Shown piece after piece: positions 38,020 to 51,348 of a stretch of 64,000 bases of DNA. The translations under genes were made by a program, and so were the position numbers. This DNA is from Octopus sinensis (Eukaryota): positions 33,418,001 to 33,482,000 of the forward strand of contig NC_043004.1 in assembly GCF_006345805.1 (NCBI RefSeq), read 5' to 3'. Under the pieces are notes generated by a model. The model was given only the letters and a program-made list of their open reading frames with translations. It did not search any database and was not told the origin of the DNA. How positions within the stretch are numbered: the stretch's first letter is position 1; every line of letters starts with the position of its first letter.

Positions 38020-38433
38020 CTTTCTCTTATTGGTACAAGGCCAACAATTTCACGGGAGGGGGTAAATTAATTACATCGACCCCAGTATTCAACTGGTACT
38101 TGTTTTATTGAACCTGGAAGGATGAAAGAATAAGTTGACCTTGGCAGAATTTGAACTCAGAACATAATAGATGGATGATATGCTGCTAAGCATTTTTCCC
38201 AACATAGTAATGATTCTGCCAGCTCAAATGGTTAATTTCTTATAATAATAATAATAACAATAATAATAATATCCTTTCTACTGGAAGCACAAGGCCTCAA
38301 ATTTGGGAACTGGTACTTATTTAATCAACCCCAAAAGGATGAAAGGCAAAGTGACCTCGGCAGAATTTGAACTCAGAATGTAGCAACAGGCGAAATGCCA
38401 GTAGCATGCTAACAATTCTGCCAGCTTGCTGCC

Positions 38434-38435
<2 letters not shown>
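38020..38435 (-). mobile_element. Two Meta-like SINEs (38020-38226, 38272-38435) among (AAT)n tracts
   Basis: Cores and tail A. Confidence 0.8.
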
Positions 38436-38515
<80 letters not shown>

Positions 38516-38538
38516 TGATGATAATAATAATAATAAGG

Positions 38539-38950
38539 ATTTCATTTATTTACCACAAGGGCAAAGGATGAGGGGGTCAATACAAAGACAAACATAAAAT
38601 GTGGGAGTTTACATATAATGAAATGAAAAAAAAGGAAAAAGAAAGAAAAAAGAAAGAAAGTATACACAGTATATACATATGCATAGCATACAAAGGTTAA
38701 AAAAAACAAATGCATGGGAAGGATGATAGAGATGTTGCCCTCCTGATACAGGAGAGCCTCTAGGGATAATCGAGGAACCTCACTGTCCGAGATTTCCCTG
38801 AAACCTCAAGAGCAACTGCCCTTTCCAATTGCTTCTCTCCAACACACAGATCTACACTTAGAGAAGTACCATCCACTTCTTGCCATTTTTGCAACTTTCA
38901 CCCACCTTTCAATAAACTCAGTCAAGGGCAGCACTTCCCTCACCACTCTC
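38539..38950 (-). mobile_element. Probable L1/Tx1-type LINE 3' end (ORF C-terminus plus 3' UTR)
   Basis: Minus-strand RVVREVLPLTEFIERWVKVAKMA resembles the F...W C-terminus of L1/Tx1 ORF2; ends TTTGCCCTTGTGGTAAATAAATGAAAT. Confidence 0.45.
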
Positions 38951-38986
<36 letters not shown>

Positions 38987-38988
<2 letters not shown>

Positions 38989-39547
38989 TAAATGCCCTGA
39001 TGCAGTACCAGGCAGCGGATCTCATGGCTTCTGATCTTAACTGACTGGAAGTGTTATCATGTACATTGTTTTGTCTTGGTATAAAAGATGGGCTACAGCA
39101 AATATTCTGCTCAATACCACAGATTTGCTTGTCAGTTGTTTGACCGTAACCAGTTGAGCATGTCCCTTAGTGGCTGACGATATGTGCATCTCTGATCATG
39201 AGCAGAAGTAGTGGGGGAGCATCATAGCCATGTGTTGAGAGGGATTCTTTGGGGTTTGAATAATTCACCTCTGGAAACATGGGTGTTTCATTCAACATCC
39301 TTAAACAACCCTTATTCAGGGACCTTTTGAGTGGGATGGGTTACCCAACCAGAAGATAATTCTAACTGGGCCCACCCGCAAGGTCATGCGCTGTTTATCT
39401 TGTTATGAGATCACCATGTCGTGCACATATGGTTGTGATGCATGTGCCTGGTGTACCCTTATCAGACGGGTAGTCATGATGGGTATACTGGACTTCGTAT
39501 ATTTGTACTCCAGTGTCACTTTGATGGCATGCACTGCTCTCTCACTC
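38987..39547 (+). mobile_element. ~560 bp non-coding element embedded in (AAT)n
   Basis: Bounded by (AAT)n on both sides; second copy at 1-211. Confidence 0.85.
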
Positions 39548-39579
<32 letters not shown>

Positions 39580-39772
39580 TAATAATGATAATAATAATAA
39601 TTATGTTTCATTTTTGGATTTGGTTTGCAAGACTATTGAAAAGGTTGCAAGATGCAACGAAAATTTTAGGAAAATAAAATTAAGAAATAAGTGGAAATTT
39701 TACCAGTGAGTGTGTTAAATTATAAGGTACAAAAAGAAAATGACTCTCCCCAGACACAACATAATGATAATG

Positions 39773-40243
39773 TGTTAATTGAGAAAGAAAGCAAGTGATA
39801 GTGTTAATTGAGAAAGAAAGCAAATGATAGTGTTAATTGAGACAAGAGGTAACAATTGAGTTAATTGAGAAAGAAAGCAAGCGATGCTGGATCATAGATA
39901 TAGTATGCCCAGCTTACAACAAGGTATGCAATAAGGAAGAAAGAAAAGTTGATAGACATGACAGGTTAGCTTGGGAGGTTAAGTAGTTGTGGTTGCTGAA
40001 AAAAGTGGTAGTAGTACCAATAATTGTTGGAGCCCTGGGAATAGTGAGTAAAAATCTCGAAAAGTACATGGAACAAATAGGGGCTGCAATAAGGGTGGAG
40101 GACTTGCAGAAAACAACACTGCTTGGAACCACTCGAATACTCTGGATGGTGTTCAAAAAATAAGGAGTGTTACCTCAGTTCACTGGTAGTGAACAGCTGG
40201 CACCATAGTACATCTCCAGCATTAGAAATTGTGCAAAGACTAG
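39773..40243 (+). mobile_element. 5'-truncated R4/Dong-type LINE (restriction-like endonuclease C-terminus plus 3' UTR)
   Basis: LIEKESKRCWIIDIVCPAYNKVCNKEERKVDRHDRLAWEVK*LW..VVVVPIIVGALG..LQKTTLLGTTRIL (stop 40161-40163); followed by (AAT)n. Confidence 0.85.
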
Positions 40244-40254
40244 ATAATAATAAT

Positions 40255-40470
40255 GGTTTCAAATTTTGGCACAAGGCCAGTAGTTTTGGGAGATGGGTTA
40301 ACTTAATTACATCAGCCACAGTGATGAAATGGTACTTGTTTTATTGACCTCAAACAGATGAAAGGTAAAGTCAACCTTGGTGGAATTAGAACTCAGAATG
40401 TACAGACGGATGACATGCCATTAAATATTTCGCCTGGTATGGAAACAATTCTGATTGTTTGCTATCTTAG
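40255..40470 (-). mobile_element. Diverged Meta-like SINE
   Basis: Core and tail A. Confidence 0.75.
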
Positions 40471-41190
40471 TAATAATAATAATAATTTTAGAAGCTGTAT
40501 GAGGCTAAACTTCCCTTTTGGTTTTTTCACTGTCAAAAATTATCTGGTGAAATATCAGGCTGAACATTAGCTGCATAAAGTAGCTAGTTTAAAAAGGGCA
40601 GCAAATGTTTTAAGTATGACCCTTCATCTACAAACTGACAGTAACGGTATGATATTTCCCAGCAGCTTGTTAACTTTTGGTGTCAGTTTCTGAGTAACTC
40701 ATCATAGAACTGCTACTCTTACTCCACTTTTAAATGTGTCACCAGCATTCCAGGCTAGTGTCAAAGGTGATTGAATTCTTAAAAAAGAGACAAGAACTTA
40801 TTTTCATGAACAGTAAAAGAGCCAGTGGAAAAATTCAAAAGCACAATTCTGAAACAATAAAAATTATCTTGTCAAGCAAATTGCCTGGCTTCCTATTAGT
40901 AACATTAGGATGTGCGCTGCATCACAGAAGTCATACAAAAATGAAGCAAAGTGTATGTGGTGTGTGTGTGTGTGTGTGTGTGTGTTTGTGTCTCTGTGTG
41001 TATTCGAGATACTTTAATTTCTCTTCCACATCTCATATAGACATTGTCAATGTTCTCATATATTAAATACATGCAAATTTTTTTTATCAAACTCTTCTTG
41101 GATAAAAACCTTGTTATTGTACATACCTTGTACATCACATATGTAGCTAATATCTTTCTATCTGTCTGTCTATCTATCTATCCTCTATAT

Positions 41191-41231
<41 letters not shown>

Positions 41232-41279
41232 ATATCTATCTATATATCTATCTATATATTTATCTATCTATCTATAACA

Positions 41280-41511
41280 TATTCTTTTACTTGGTTCAGT
41301 TATTTGAATATGACCATACTGAAACACCGCCTTGAGTATATGTATATATATGTATATATATATATGTATGTATATGTATGTATGTATATATATAATATAT
41401 ATATATATATTATATATATATATATATATATGTCCAGTGTAGATAGATGAATAGATAGATTGATAGACAGAAAGATTAATATATATGTTGTCTGTATACA
41501 TGATATATATG

Positions 41512-41595
<84 letters not shown>

Positions 41596-41775
41596 CTCAC
41601 ACACACACACATACACATGTACACCATGGGTTTCTTTTTATTTCTGTCTAGCAAAACCTCTCACATGGTTTTGGACAGCCCTGGGCTGTAGTAGAAAATG
41701 CTTGGCAAGGTATCACACAGTGGGACTGAACCTGGAACTATGTTGCTGGGGCAGCAGACTTTGTAGCACAGAGCC
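41280..41775 (-). mobile_element. Diverged CORE-like SINE pieces separated by expanded (TA)n
   Basis: Tail at 41280-41335, head and core at 41625-41775. Confidence 0.6.
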
Positions 41776-42235
41776 AACTTTTATTTTCATTAATTGTTGT
41801 TTGTAAGGGTTCTTCTCCCACAAAGCGATGGGGTTTAATGGTTTAGCACTCAGGGAGAGAAATCTTTAATTCTTTCAAAAGACAGTTTTTAATTATCTCA
41901 ATTATAAATTCGATAAAATATATGAAAAGTAAATTTAAAATTAAAACATCTGATCTACTTTATAACTTGGGCAATTTTCACCACAGATTTGGGGTGGGGT
42001 GGGGTGGGGAAACAAATAAACCAAAGCTCGTATTTAAGTTATTCAAATCCAAAAGAACATTAAGGAAATGGAAATCACTTTTTATTTTCGTAAAATAAAT
42101 TTATTGAAGAAATTTGAAATAGAATCTAAACAATCTGAATTGAGACTATTTTGACAGCATAAATACATGAGCATTCATATATTTTTCTAAACACTCACAA
42201 ACACAAGACAACACCCCCTCTCACACACACACGTA

Positions 42236-42279
<44 letters not shown>

Positions 42280-42403
42280 GCGTGTGTGTGTTTATGTTCA
42301 TAGCAACACATATTTATTCTAATGTATGTCAGAGCATGTACCTGTCTTTATACTGTGTGGGATTGTGTGTAAATGTGCATATGTGTGTGATTTGTTGTTG
42401 TTG

Positions 42404-42444
<41 letters not shown>

Positions 42445-43064
42445 TGCTTGTGGGTATGTGAACTTAGGACATCATTTTTCATTGAAGCAGCAAGCAGCAC
42501 TGGTTAAAAGTTCAATTATATTGTCTTACAATCAATTTTATTTGAAAGATTTTGAAGTTTTACCTTTTTAATAAGATTTTAGTCTGAAGAGATACATAAC
42601 TATATTAAAATTAACTTCCTACTGAAAAGACAAACTATAAATTAAATAAATATAGAATATTCAAAATTTAATTCAATATAAAGATTAGAGGCTGAGCTTT
42701 TGTATTTTTGGAAGTCTTCTCATCTTGGCTATTTAGATAGAAATAAAATATATCATTATAAATAATAGGTATTATATAGATTTGCAAAATTTTAGCTAGA
42801 CGAAATTATATCTGCCGAGAAATCCGAGAGATACTGAAGAAATTGAAGACAAAATGATGATATCGTCATCTTATTTTGATAGTTTATAGGTGGAATGCCG
42901 CTGTTTTAATGACCGTGCTCACTAATTCTAGGAAGACTTTTATCACCTTTTGACAGCTGACTGTGTATTTTTATATTGTTAAATGTTGATCTTTTCATTA
43001 TCAGTTTTAAACAGTTTGGATGGAGAAGAAAGCTGAAATTAGAAGAAAATATAACAATCATTGA

Positions 43065-43207
43065 TACTACTACTACTGCTGATGCTACTACAACTACTAC
43101 TACTGCTACTGCTGCTGCTATTACTACTACTACTACTACTACTACTACACTACTACTACTGCTGCAGCTGCTGCTGCTTACTACTACTACTGCTGCTGCC
43201 ACTACTG

Positions 43208-43269
<62 letters not shown>

Positions 43270-43273
43270 ACTA

Positions 43274-43314
<41 letters not shown>

Positions 43315-43315
43315 A

Positions 43316-43352
<37 letters not shown>
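43065..43352. repeat. (ACT/GCT)n microsatellite
   Basis: Direct reading. Confidence 0.95.
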
Positions 43353-43389
43353 AATAGGAGCAGCAACACAATTTTATGTATCTTGCTAG

Positions 43390-43575
43390 TGATTGTGCCA
43401 TGAAAAACGTCATCCGGTACATTCTTTAAAATGGTCGGAATTAGGAATGGTGTCCAGCTGTAGAAACCAATGCCAAAACGGACACAGGAGCACAAAACAG
43501 TTCTCTAACATGTCAGATCCTGCAGAGACATCCAGACCATGTCAGAGATAAAACGGTAATGACGAAGATGATGCT
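43390..43575 (+). mobile_element. Diverged RTE-type (GAT)n-tailed element
   Basis: TTAGGAA.GG..TCCAGCTGTAGAAACC..TGCCAAA..CCATG.CAG. Confidence 0.6.
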
Positions 43576-43599
43576 GCCACTGCGTCCCTTGGAATATCT

Positions 43600-43900
43600 T
43601 CAAGCACCTCCTTAATCTTGGTCACCATATTGTAATCCCTGGGATTTTTCAGGTGAAAAATTGGGGTTGGTGTAGTCGTAGAAATTCTCTGACAACCACT
43701 TCTGTCACTTTCCAGAGATATGGCAAGGATCCGCATCCCGCTGCCACACATATGACCATCCAGCAGCAAGTCTCTCCAGCTAGGGATTTATCATAGTCTC
43801 TAGCTGCTTCACATAACCATCTGAATTGAACTGAAGGCTCTGTTCAATGGTTTGGGGACAAATTCTATCATGTGGACACAGTAAGAATACTTGCTGTGTT
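43600..43900 (-). pseudogene. Tc1/mariner (maT/DD37D-like) transposase fragment
   Basis: NSDGYVKQLETMINP*LERLAAGWSYVWQRDADPCHISGK*QKWLSENFYDYTNPNF, resembling ..WQQDSAPCH..Q.WL.EN..PNFWPPNSPD. Confidence 0.75.
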
Positions 43901-44149
43901 TCTTGCTGCTGGCTACGGCCTTGTAGTCTCTGTTGGAACTGTCCATATAATTTCTCACGGCCTTTAGTATTCACAGGGAACTGAACAACAGTCTTGTCAG
44001 CATTTTGATACCCATCACGAACCACAATGATACAGGTAACTTTTTTCCAATATTCAGATAGCTTCCACTCCTCCATGTCAGCTAACTTTTTCTCAATTAC
44101 AACATTAATCTTTATGCTCTCCAACACCATCGATTGTCCACCCATACCT

Positions 44150-44490
44150 CAAGTGGTTCCTGATAAAGCAATCATCAAATTTAACCCAAATATCCTGTAA
44201 TCCTCAGCTGACAAAAGCTTTGTGAATGGATTTGATTGATAAAAACTGAAAGAATCCTCTCGTGTGTATCTATGTGTGTGCGTGTGTCAATGTGTTTGTC
44301 TCCCATCACAGCTTGAAGACTGGTGTTGGTTTATTTGCATCCCTGTAATTTAGAGGTTTAGCATGGATAAAAGCTAATAGAGTCAGTACTAGGCTTAAAA
44401 GTAAGTACTGGGATCAATTCATACACCTGAAACCATTTAAGATGGTGCCCCAGCATGGCCACAGTCCAAAAGCTGAAATAAGTAGAAGAA
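44150..44490 (+). mobile_element. Diverged CORE-like SINE
   Basis: AAAGC.TTGTGA.TGGATTTG..GA..AAACTGAAAGAA and GGTGCCCCAGCATGGCCACAGTC tail. Confidence 0.7.
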
Positions 44491-44538
44491 AAGATGGGAA
44501 CGATGCAATAAAGAGACAAGTTTAATGTTACACAGGCG

Positions 44539-44589
<51 letters not shown>

Positions 44590-45544
44590 GTAATCGTAAT
44601 AATAATAATGATAATAATAATAATAATAATATAATATAAAAACTAAATTCCGCCTCTCCTTGTTTCACTACATTTTGGTTGTCTTCAATAATCAAAGAGT
44701 TTCTGTTGCCTTTCCTGATTTCTGCATTCACGTAGAATAAATATCATTTATATTTTAGAAATGAATCAATTAACTCTGCACCATTTCATATTTACACAAA
44801 TGCATTCTATCTCAGAAATATATTTTGATATGTAGAACAAAATTTAGATTAATTGGCAGCAGTTTAAAGAATAAACTGCATTAAATAGACAAGGAACAAG
44901 TGTTGTTGGATGATTAATATTTGAGGCTAATTTAAATTATTATCCATGTGATATGTGGTATAATATATAAACTCCTTTTCTAGCCAACTAATCATTCATA
45001 CAAACAGATTTTAATATTGAGGCTGCAGAAATTTTGCATGACTTAGCAACAAGCCAAATGAAAGAATTTCTTGGCAAAATACTTGCCAGTGACCCATATA
45101 ACTAAAACTGGAGCACCAACCCTACAGGATTAAATAATACATCAAACAGAAAAACATCACAATATCAATGATGCATACAGTTTAAAACTAGAATTGGAAG
45201 TTAATAATTTCTGATTATCAATTCTGACCTCATAAAATAAAGAAATAATTCCAGTGGTATTTAGCAAGAGCTAAAGTAGATGCCATATACATGTCAGTAA
45301 TGTCAGTGGCATCAGTGGCGTATGTAGTGAAGTGTGTCATTCTGGAGCAAAGGTAACTTTGAACTATACTTTATAAAATACATGCCATATGGTTAAATGA
45401 TGGCATGTTAAGATTTTGCCAAAATCTTGAAATAGAAGAAATATGATTGGATTTATAAGTTCACTTTCAATGCAACAGCTCTGGTTTTGGAAATGGCATT
45501 TCTAAACACATACAATTGAAAGAATCATATTAACCTCACCTGTT

Positions 45545-45765
45545 TAACCCTTTTCATGAAAACCTGCCTGACACAGTCCTTGGTTTCTTTGAGACATGCT
45601 TCCTGTTTTGAAGAGTTTTAAATTAAAACCTTCCATTAAGATTTCATGCTAATTTAAAATCCAAACAATAGTTTAATAATAACAAAGTTATTTTGCTAAA
45701 TTCTTTATTATTTTCAAAATTAAACAAATGCAGAGTATTCCAAGAAAAAGGTGTAAAACAAACAG
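45545..45765. mobile_element. Possible decayed piggyBac-type MITE
   Basis: Left end TTAA|CCCTTTT; right end degenerate. Confidence 0.3.
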
Positions 45766-46615
45766 GTGATGCTTAATTACAATTTCTTGGGGTACACTAG
45801 AGGGAAAACAATTCTGGAATATTGAATTGGACTAGTCTGATGATACATTTCACCATTCTGATTCTGCATTTTTATTCTATACTATGATGAAATTTTGTAC
45901 TACTGTGATGTAATTTTGTATTCAAAATAAATAAATTAAAAAAACTTTAAAAGTATCTACACTAATTATAGATATATCCTTTGTCAAGAACTTTTCATTA
46001 AGTACTTCTATGTTTTCACTTTACAATGTTGAATCTGTTTCTTTGATTTATAACACAATTCTTTCTTTACAAAGCGAACATCAATTTAGAGTAATTAATA
46101 TCAACTTTGTCATCAATAATACTTAAGGCTAGAAACCTAACTTCAAAATACTCTGACATCCTATCATGTAACAAGAGTTAAATAATGAAACTTGAAACTA
46201 TTTGTTAGCTGGAAATGGCAATGTTAAATGCCAACCCAAATATTATCCTTTCTCTTTGATACAATAGAAACAGTTTCAATTATTCCTTGATTGTCTATTT
46301 TGTCCCTGCTGAGTTAATTAATCAACTGAGATCTGTTGTGGTGAATTCAGGTATTTTAGATCCAATGTTTGCACAAAAAGAAAAAAAACAGCAACAAAAA
46401 AAAAATCCCTAAACCAAACCCAAAACAAACAAAGCAAAATGTGTTCATTTGCATTGACAAGGAAAGACGAATCTGTGATTGGTTTATATTGTGAAAGGTG
46501 ACACTGATTAAAGGTAAGAACTTAGACAAATTAAAGATGTGCAATTGTCTAATTAGAAAATTACTTAATGGTTTGTTATTTATCCTTACTGTTATCACTC
46601 TTTTAATGTACATGC

Positions 46616-46651
<36 letters not shown>

Positions 46652-47168
46652 ATGCATTCACACATGCATGTGTACACACATGCATATATGTGTATGAAAG
46701 TCTTGGCCCTTGGATCGCTTGTAACTTTCTGTCAATTAAAAAAGAAGAAAAGTATATATACCTAGCTATTGGCTTCTGTTTCACCCGTTTTGTTATACCA
46801 AGCCTATGCATGTGTGTGCATGTTTGTGTGTGTGTGTGTATGTGTGTGTGTATGTGTGTGTGAGTCTATAGCTTGGCACAAACATGGTAGACTGGTTAAG
46901 AAGTTTATTTCCCGACTGCACGGTTTCCCGTAGAGTCCCACTGCATGGTACCTTGAGCCAGTGTCTTCTATAGTCCTGAGCTGGTCAAAGCCTTGTCCGT
47001 TGATCCGATTGATGGAAGCTGACAGAAGCTTGTTGTATATATAACCCCATCCCCACGTCCTTCCTGAGCTTTTGCACCCCTTTTTTTATACTTACCTCAG
47101 AGAGGAAAAGATGTTGCAATATCAGGATTATCCCCTCATTACCATCCTCCTCTTTTCCTCTGTTTCTA

Positions 47169-47271
47169 GTGTGCGTGTGTGTGTGTGTGTGTCTGTGTGT
47201 GTGCGCGCACGCGTGTGTGAGTGTGTGTCTGTGTGCGTCTGCGTGTGTCTGTGTGTGTGTGTGTGTGTGCA

Positions 47272-47302
<31 letters not shown>

Positions 47303-47480
47303 CTGTGTGTGTGTGTCTGTGTCTGTGTGTGTCTCTGTGTGTGTCTGTGTGCGTCTGTGTGTGTGCACGTGTGTGTGTGTGTCTGTGTGTGTGTGTCTGT
47401 GTGTGTGTCTGTGTGTGTGTGTCTGTGTGTGTGTCTGTGTGTGTGTGTCTGTGTGTGTGTGTGTGTGTGTGCGTGTGTAT
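47169..47480. repeat. (GT)n/(GTCT) microsatellite
   Basis: Direct reading. Confidence 0.95.
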
Positions 47481-47599
47481 ATGGCTTGGCACAAACATGG
47501 CTGTTTGACGGAGTTTACTTCCCAACCACACCATGATACTTGTTTCTATTCTCTCCATCATACTTTAACCTGACAACACTTTGCATAAGACCACCTACA

Positions 47600-47845
47600 G
47601 TCCTACTCAGTTAAATGATATGTCTTGCAAGTTACCTGGTGATCTCACTGGTCCTGGGGCCAAGTAAAAAACACCCAGGACACCCTGTAAAGTTGTTGGC
47701 ATTAGGAAGGGCATTATGTTGTATAAACCATAAACCAACATTGGAGTTTGATGCAGTTCCTCAGCTCACTGGATCAGGTCAAATAATCCATCTCATACCA
47801 ATATGGAACAAGGATGTTCAATGATTATGATGATGAGGAGGATGA
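47600..47845 (+). mobile_element. Diverged RTE-type (GAT)n-tailed element
   Basis: CTGTAAAGT.GTTGGCATTAGGAAGGGCAT...ATGGAA.A.GGATGTT.AATGA. Confidence 0.65.
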
Positions 47846-47879
47846 ATATGTATATATGCATGCACACACACACACACGT

Positions 47880-48092
47880 GCTGTATGGTCATGTGATGCA
47901 TATGGATGAGGACAGCTGAGTAAGGAAGTGACGATCTCTAAATGTGGAAGGAACCTGTGGTAGAGATAGACCCAGGAAGACATGGATGAGGTGGTGAAGT
48001 ATGATCTTTGAACTTTGAGCCTCACAGAGCAATGACTAGTGACCGAGATCTTTGGAGATGTGCTCTGCTTAAGAGGACCCGTCAAGCCAAGT
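47880..48092 (+). mobile_element. RTE-clade LINE ORF C-terminal fragment
   Basis: YGHVM.MD...VEGTCGRDRPRKT(W)DEVVKYDL*TLSLTE.MTSDRDLWRCA, resembling RTE GxRxRGRPRKTW...DR..WR. Confidence 0.8.
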
Positions 48093-48179
48093 GCACCTGT
48101 GCTGGTGGCATGTAAAAGATCAACCTTTGAACGTTGGAGCTCATGTTGCATGCCATTTCTCTAGTGTAAGTAGTTGTCA

Positions 48180-48970
48180 TGCTTCTGTACCATCCCTTGG
48201 TACATTGTAAGCTATACACTATATTCCTATCCTTACAGTTAACCTATGGGTTAACCCTACATACAATACAACTGTTCTCTGTACATGAGGACCTATTGAT
48301 TAGGGATTCTACAGGGGCACTAAGCCTTTCTACTATTTTAATCCATAGATTGGCCTTATCTAATGTTTTTTTCTAAAAAGGTATGCTAGTTCACCGCCAG
48401 GGGTAGCATCAATGAACATGATACTCTGGTATTTTTTGTTGTCATACCATGTGTTGACCGTATCTATCTTTTTTCTGGTCTTTCTGTGCTGTTCAAGGAT
48501 TTAGTGCTGTATAGTGGGCAGATCCCCTTTGCCTCTCTCTCTATGTACTTAATTCTGGCTCCTTAGTACACTCTAATCTTGTCCCTTTGGTTGTATCCAA
48601 AGAACTGCTTGTGTTGGTTGAAGTGTTGTATGCATTTTTTGAATTCCATAGGGTCACACATGCAAGACACATTCTTCATCACTCTCACCAAGTCAGCTAT
48701 AAGAATATTGAACTTGGTGTTGTCCACAATGGCTGTGTTCTTGTGGACCAGGTCTCTAGAGGCCATGGGTTTGGCATAACGAGAATGAAGGATCTAGACC
48801 TTACTGTTCTTTGTTTCCAGCCAGAGTTCCATGTCTAAAATTGGTAACCTATAGTTTGGGTGCTTGTGAGGGTAGTCTGTTGTTACTTTAACATTCTGGT
48901 GGATGGAGTTAGCTATTTGCTGGAAGCTCTTCATAGTGTTAGCTTCTAAATCATCAACAGTGTCTTCTGC
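48180..48970 (-). pseudogene. Penelope-like element RT C-terminus/thumb, Cys-rich linker and start of GIY-YIG endonuclease
   Basis: IANSIHQNVKVTTDYP..RLPILDMELW..YAKPMAS..LVRVMKN..GY..SIMFIDATPGGELA..CTENSCIVC..NCKDRNIVYSLQC; stops and frameshifts; 5' side ends at (TA)n. Confidence 0.85.
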
Positions 48971-48999
48971 ATATATATACATACACATGTATATACATG

Positions 49000-49030
<31 letters not shown>

Positions 49031-49409
49031 ATACATGTATATAATACAAATAAGAAAATGGAGAAACAAATTTGGTTTGTTCATCAACTTACGGATATTA
49101 TAATGCTGGATTATTTATTCATTCTACAAATGAGAACATCAAAAGCATATACATGTATATATATACATATATATGTATATATATATATATACAAGATAAG
49201 AAAATGGAGAAATACATCTAAATCAAACATCAATTACCAGATAATACTCAATCACATACTTTACCTATGCCCATATAATACTGTAAATGAATTGATTGCA
49301 TCGCAATCATTAACATTTATGTATTAACTTTGTTGGGTACTTCACTAGCAGTATATTGGATATATGTTATCCCATAGAGGGTTGCATTTACAACCTCTAT
49401 CTCAATTTG

Positions 49410-49449
<40 letters not shown>

Positions 49450-49660
49450 GTGTGTGTGTGTGTGTGTATGCACACACACACAGATGCCATTGGAAAGGGC
49501 ATCCAATCATAAAAACAGAACCAAAGCAGACACTGGAACACGATACAGCCTTGGCTCCTGTCAAACCATCCAGCCCATGCTGACATGGAATGCGGATGAA
49601 AGTGATGATGATGATGGTGAGGAGGCAGAGGATATATATGTATATATATATATATGGTTC

Positions 49661-49737
<77 letters not shown>

Positions 49738-50869
49738 ATGTCTGTGTATTTGTTTTGTGTCTGTATCTTGTCTCTATGTGAAACTGCTTGATAGCCAGTG
49801 GTTGTTTTGCGTAGGTCCCCATAGTAAAATTGTACAGCAATAGAGTAGAATAGATTAAGCAACCAACAATAAAAAAAAAAAACTAAAGGAGTCAATTTAA
49901 TTGAGTAAAACCTCCAAGGTCAAGCTCCAGTCTGACTGCAATTAAAGAGTAAAACAGTAATAGGTCAACACTGGTATCAGCACCACTGTTCACCATTCAT
50001 TGTCCACACCAGACCTTTACAAAATGCAAACACATTCATCTTGTGTTAAATATAGTTTTTTTCATATTTTAATTTACTTGAAAATTTGTGAGATCAGATA
50101 TTTCCATATATGGTAAACATGTTGAAATGCAAATTAAATTAAAATTCAAATAAATTAAAAGCTAATTTCTAATATTTCTAGTGCTGCTAAATTTACAATA
50201 AGAACGTATTTGACATCGTTTCCAGTATACAAAATGATTGAAGCTATTCAATAAAACTAATATCTGTATTTTTCTAACTGGAAGGTATTCCATCATCTAG
50301 TTATCTTAATTAGAACCGGTATCATAATTAGCTTCAAAATTAATTTTGTGAGTTTGATATGTTGCATTTTACTTGAGATTAACATGGGAAATGAAATAAA
50401 CATAATTATTCTGGTAAATTAAACCAAAAATACAACATGAAGCAAATGATTCTCTCATAATTATTCTAGATGTAGTCTTAAGTCATTAAATCTCAAATAA
50501 ATTGTGAACGACGAATACTGTTTATGACGGAAGCTGACAAAGAATAATAAAGAGAGATTTGATAACTGTTCCAATCAACTTTCTGTTTTGTGTTTATTTT
50601 CTCGTTCAAGTATGAATGATATACTTAAAACTAATTTTTGAATTGGACATTGGATTGTTAACTGTTACGTGGCTAATTATAATAGAAATAGCTGAGTAAG
50701 ATTACAGCATGTGGTAGTATCTTATTTCACAAGAGCTTGTCCCTTTATCATATTTTTATTCCCCAAAACCAGGCATTAAAGCCACCTCGTCTCACCCTCT
50801 TAAATACCTCATCCACCCTAAGTTGAGGGGGGATTTTTCTCCCTTTTCTTTTTCTTTTTTTTTTGTCTT

Positions 50870-51089
50870 GGTAAGTTACTTGGAAACCTCACAAATGCTG
50901 GTGGCACAAAAAAAAAAAACAAAAACAAAAATGCTCCCAGTAACACTTAGTAAAATGGTTGGTGTTAGAAAGGATAACCAACCATAGAGACCATGTGCCA
51001 AAGCTGACATTGGTGCATGACAGGGCCATGTGGTTTACCAGATCCTATCAAACCATCCAGCCCATGCCAGCCGGGAAAATGTATGTGAA

Positions 51090-51091
<2 letters not shown>
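50870..51091 (+). mobile_element. RTE-type tailed element whose (GAT)n tail has expanded
   Basis: TGGTTGG.GTTAG.AAGG..CCATCCAGCCCATGCCAGC preceding the repeat. Confidence 0.65.

Positions 51092-51348
<257 letters not shown>

Noticed and set aside
40540-40820. Second mariner remnant (KGSKCFKYDPSS, resembling FKRGRESLEDDPRS)
   Set aside because: Too short and degenerate; no TIRs found
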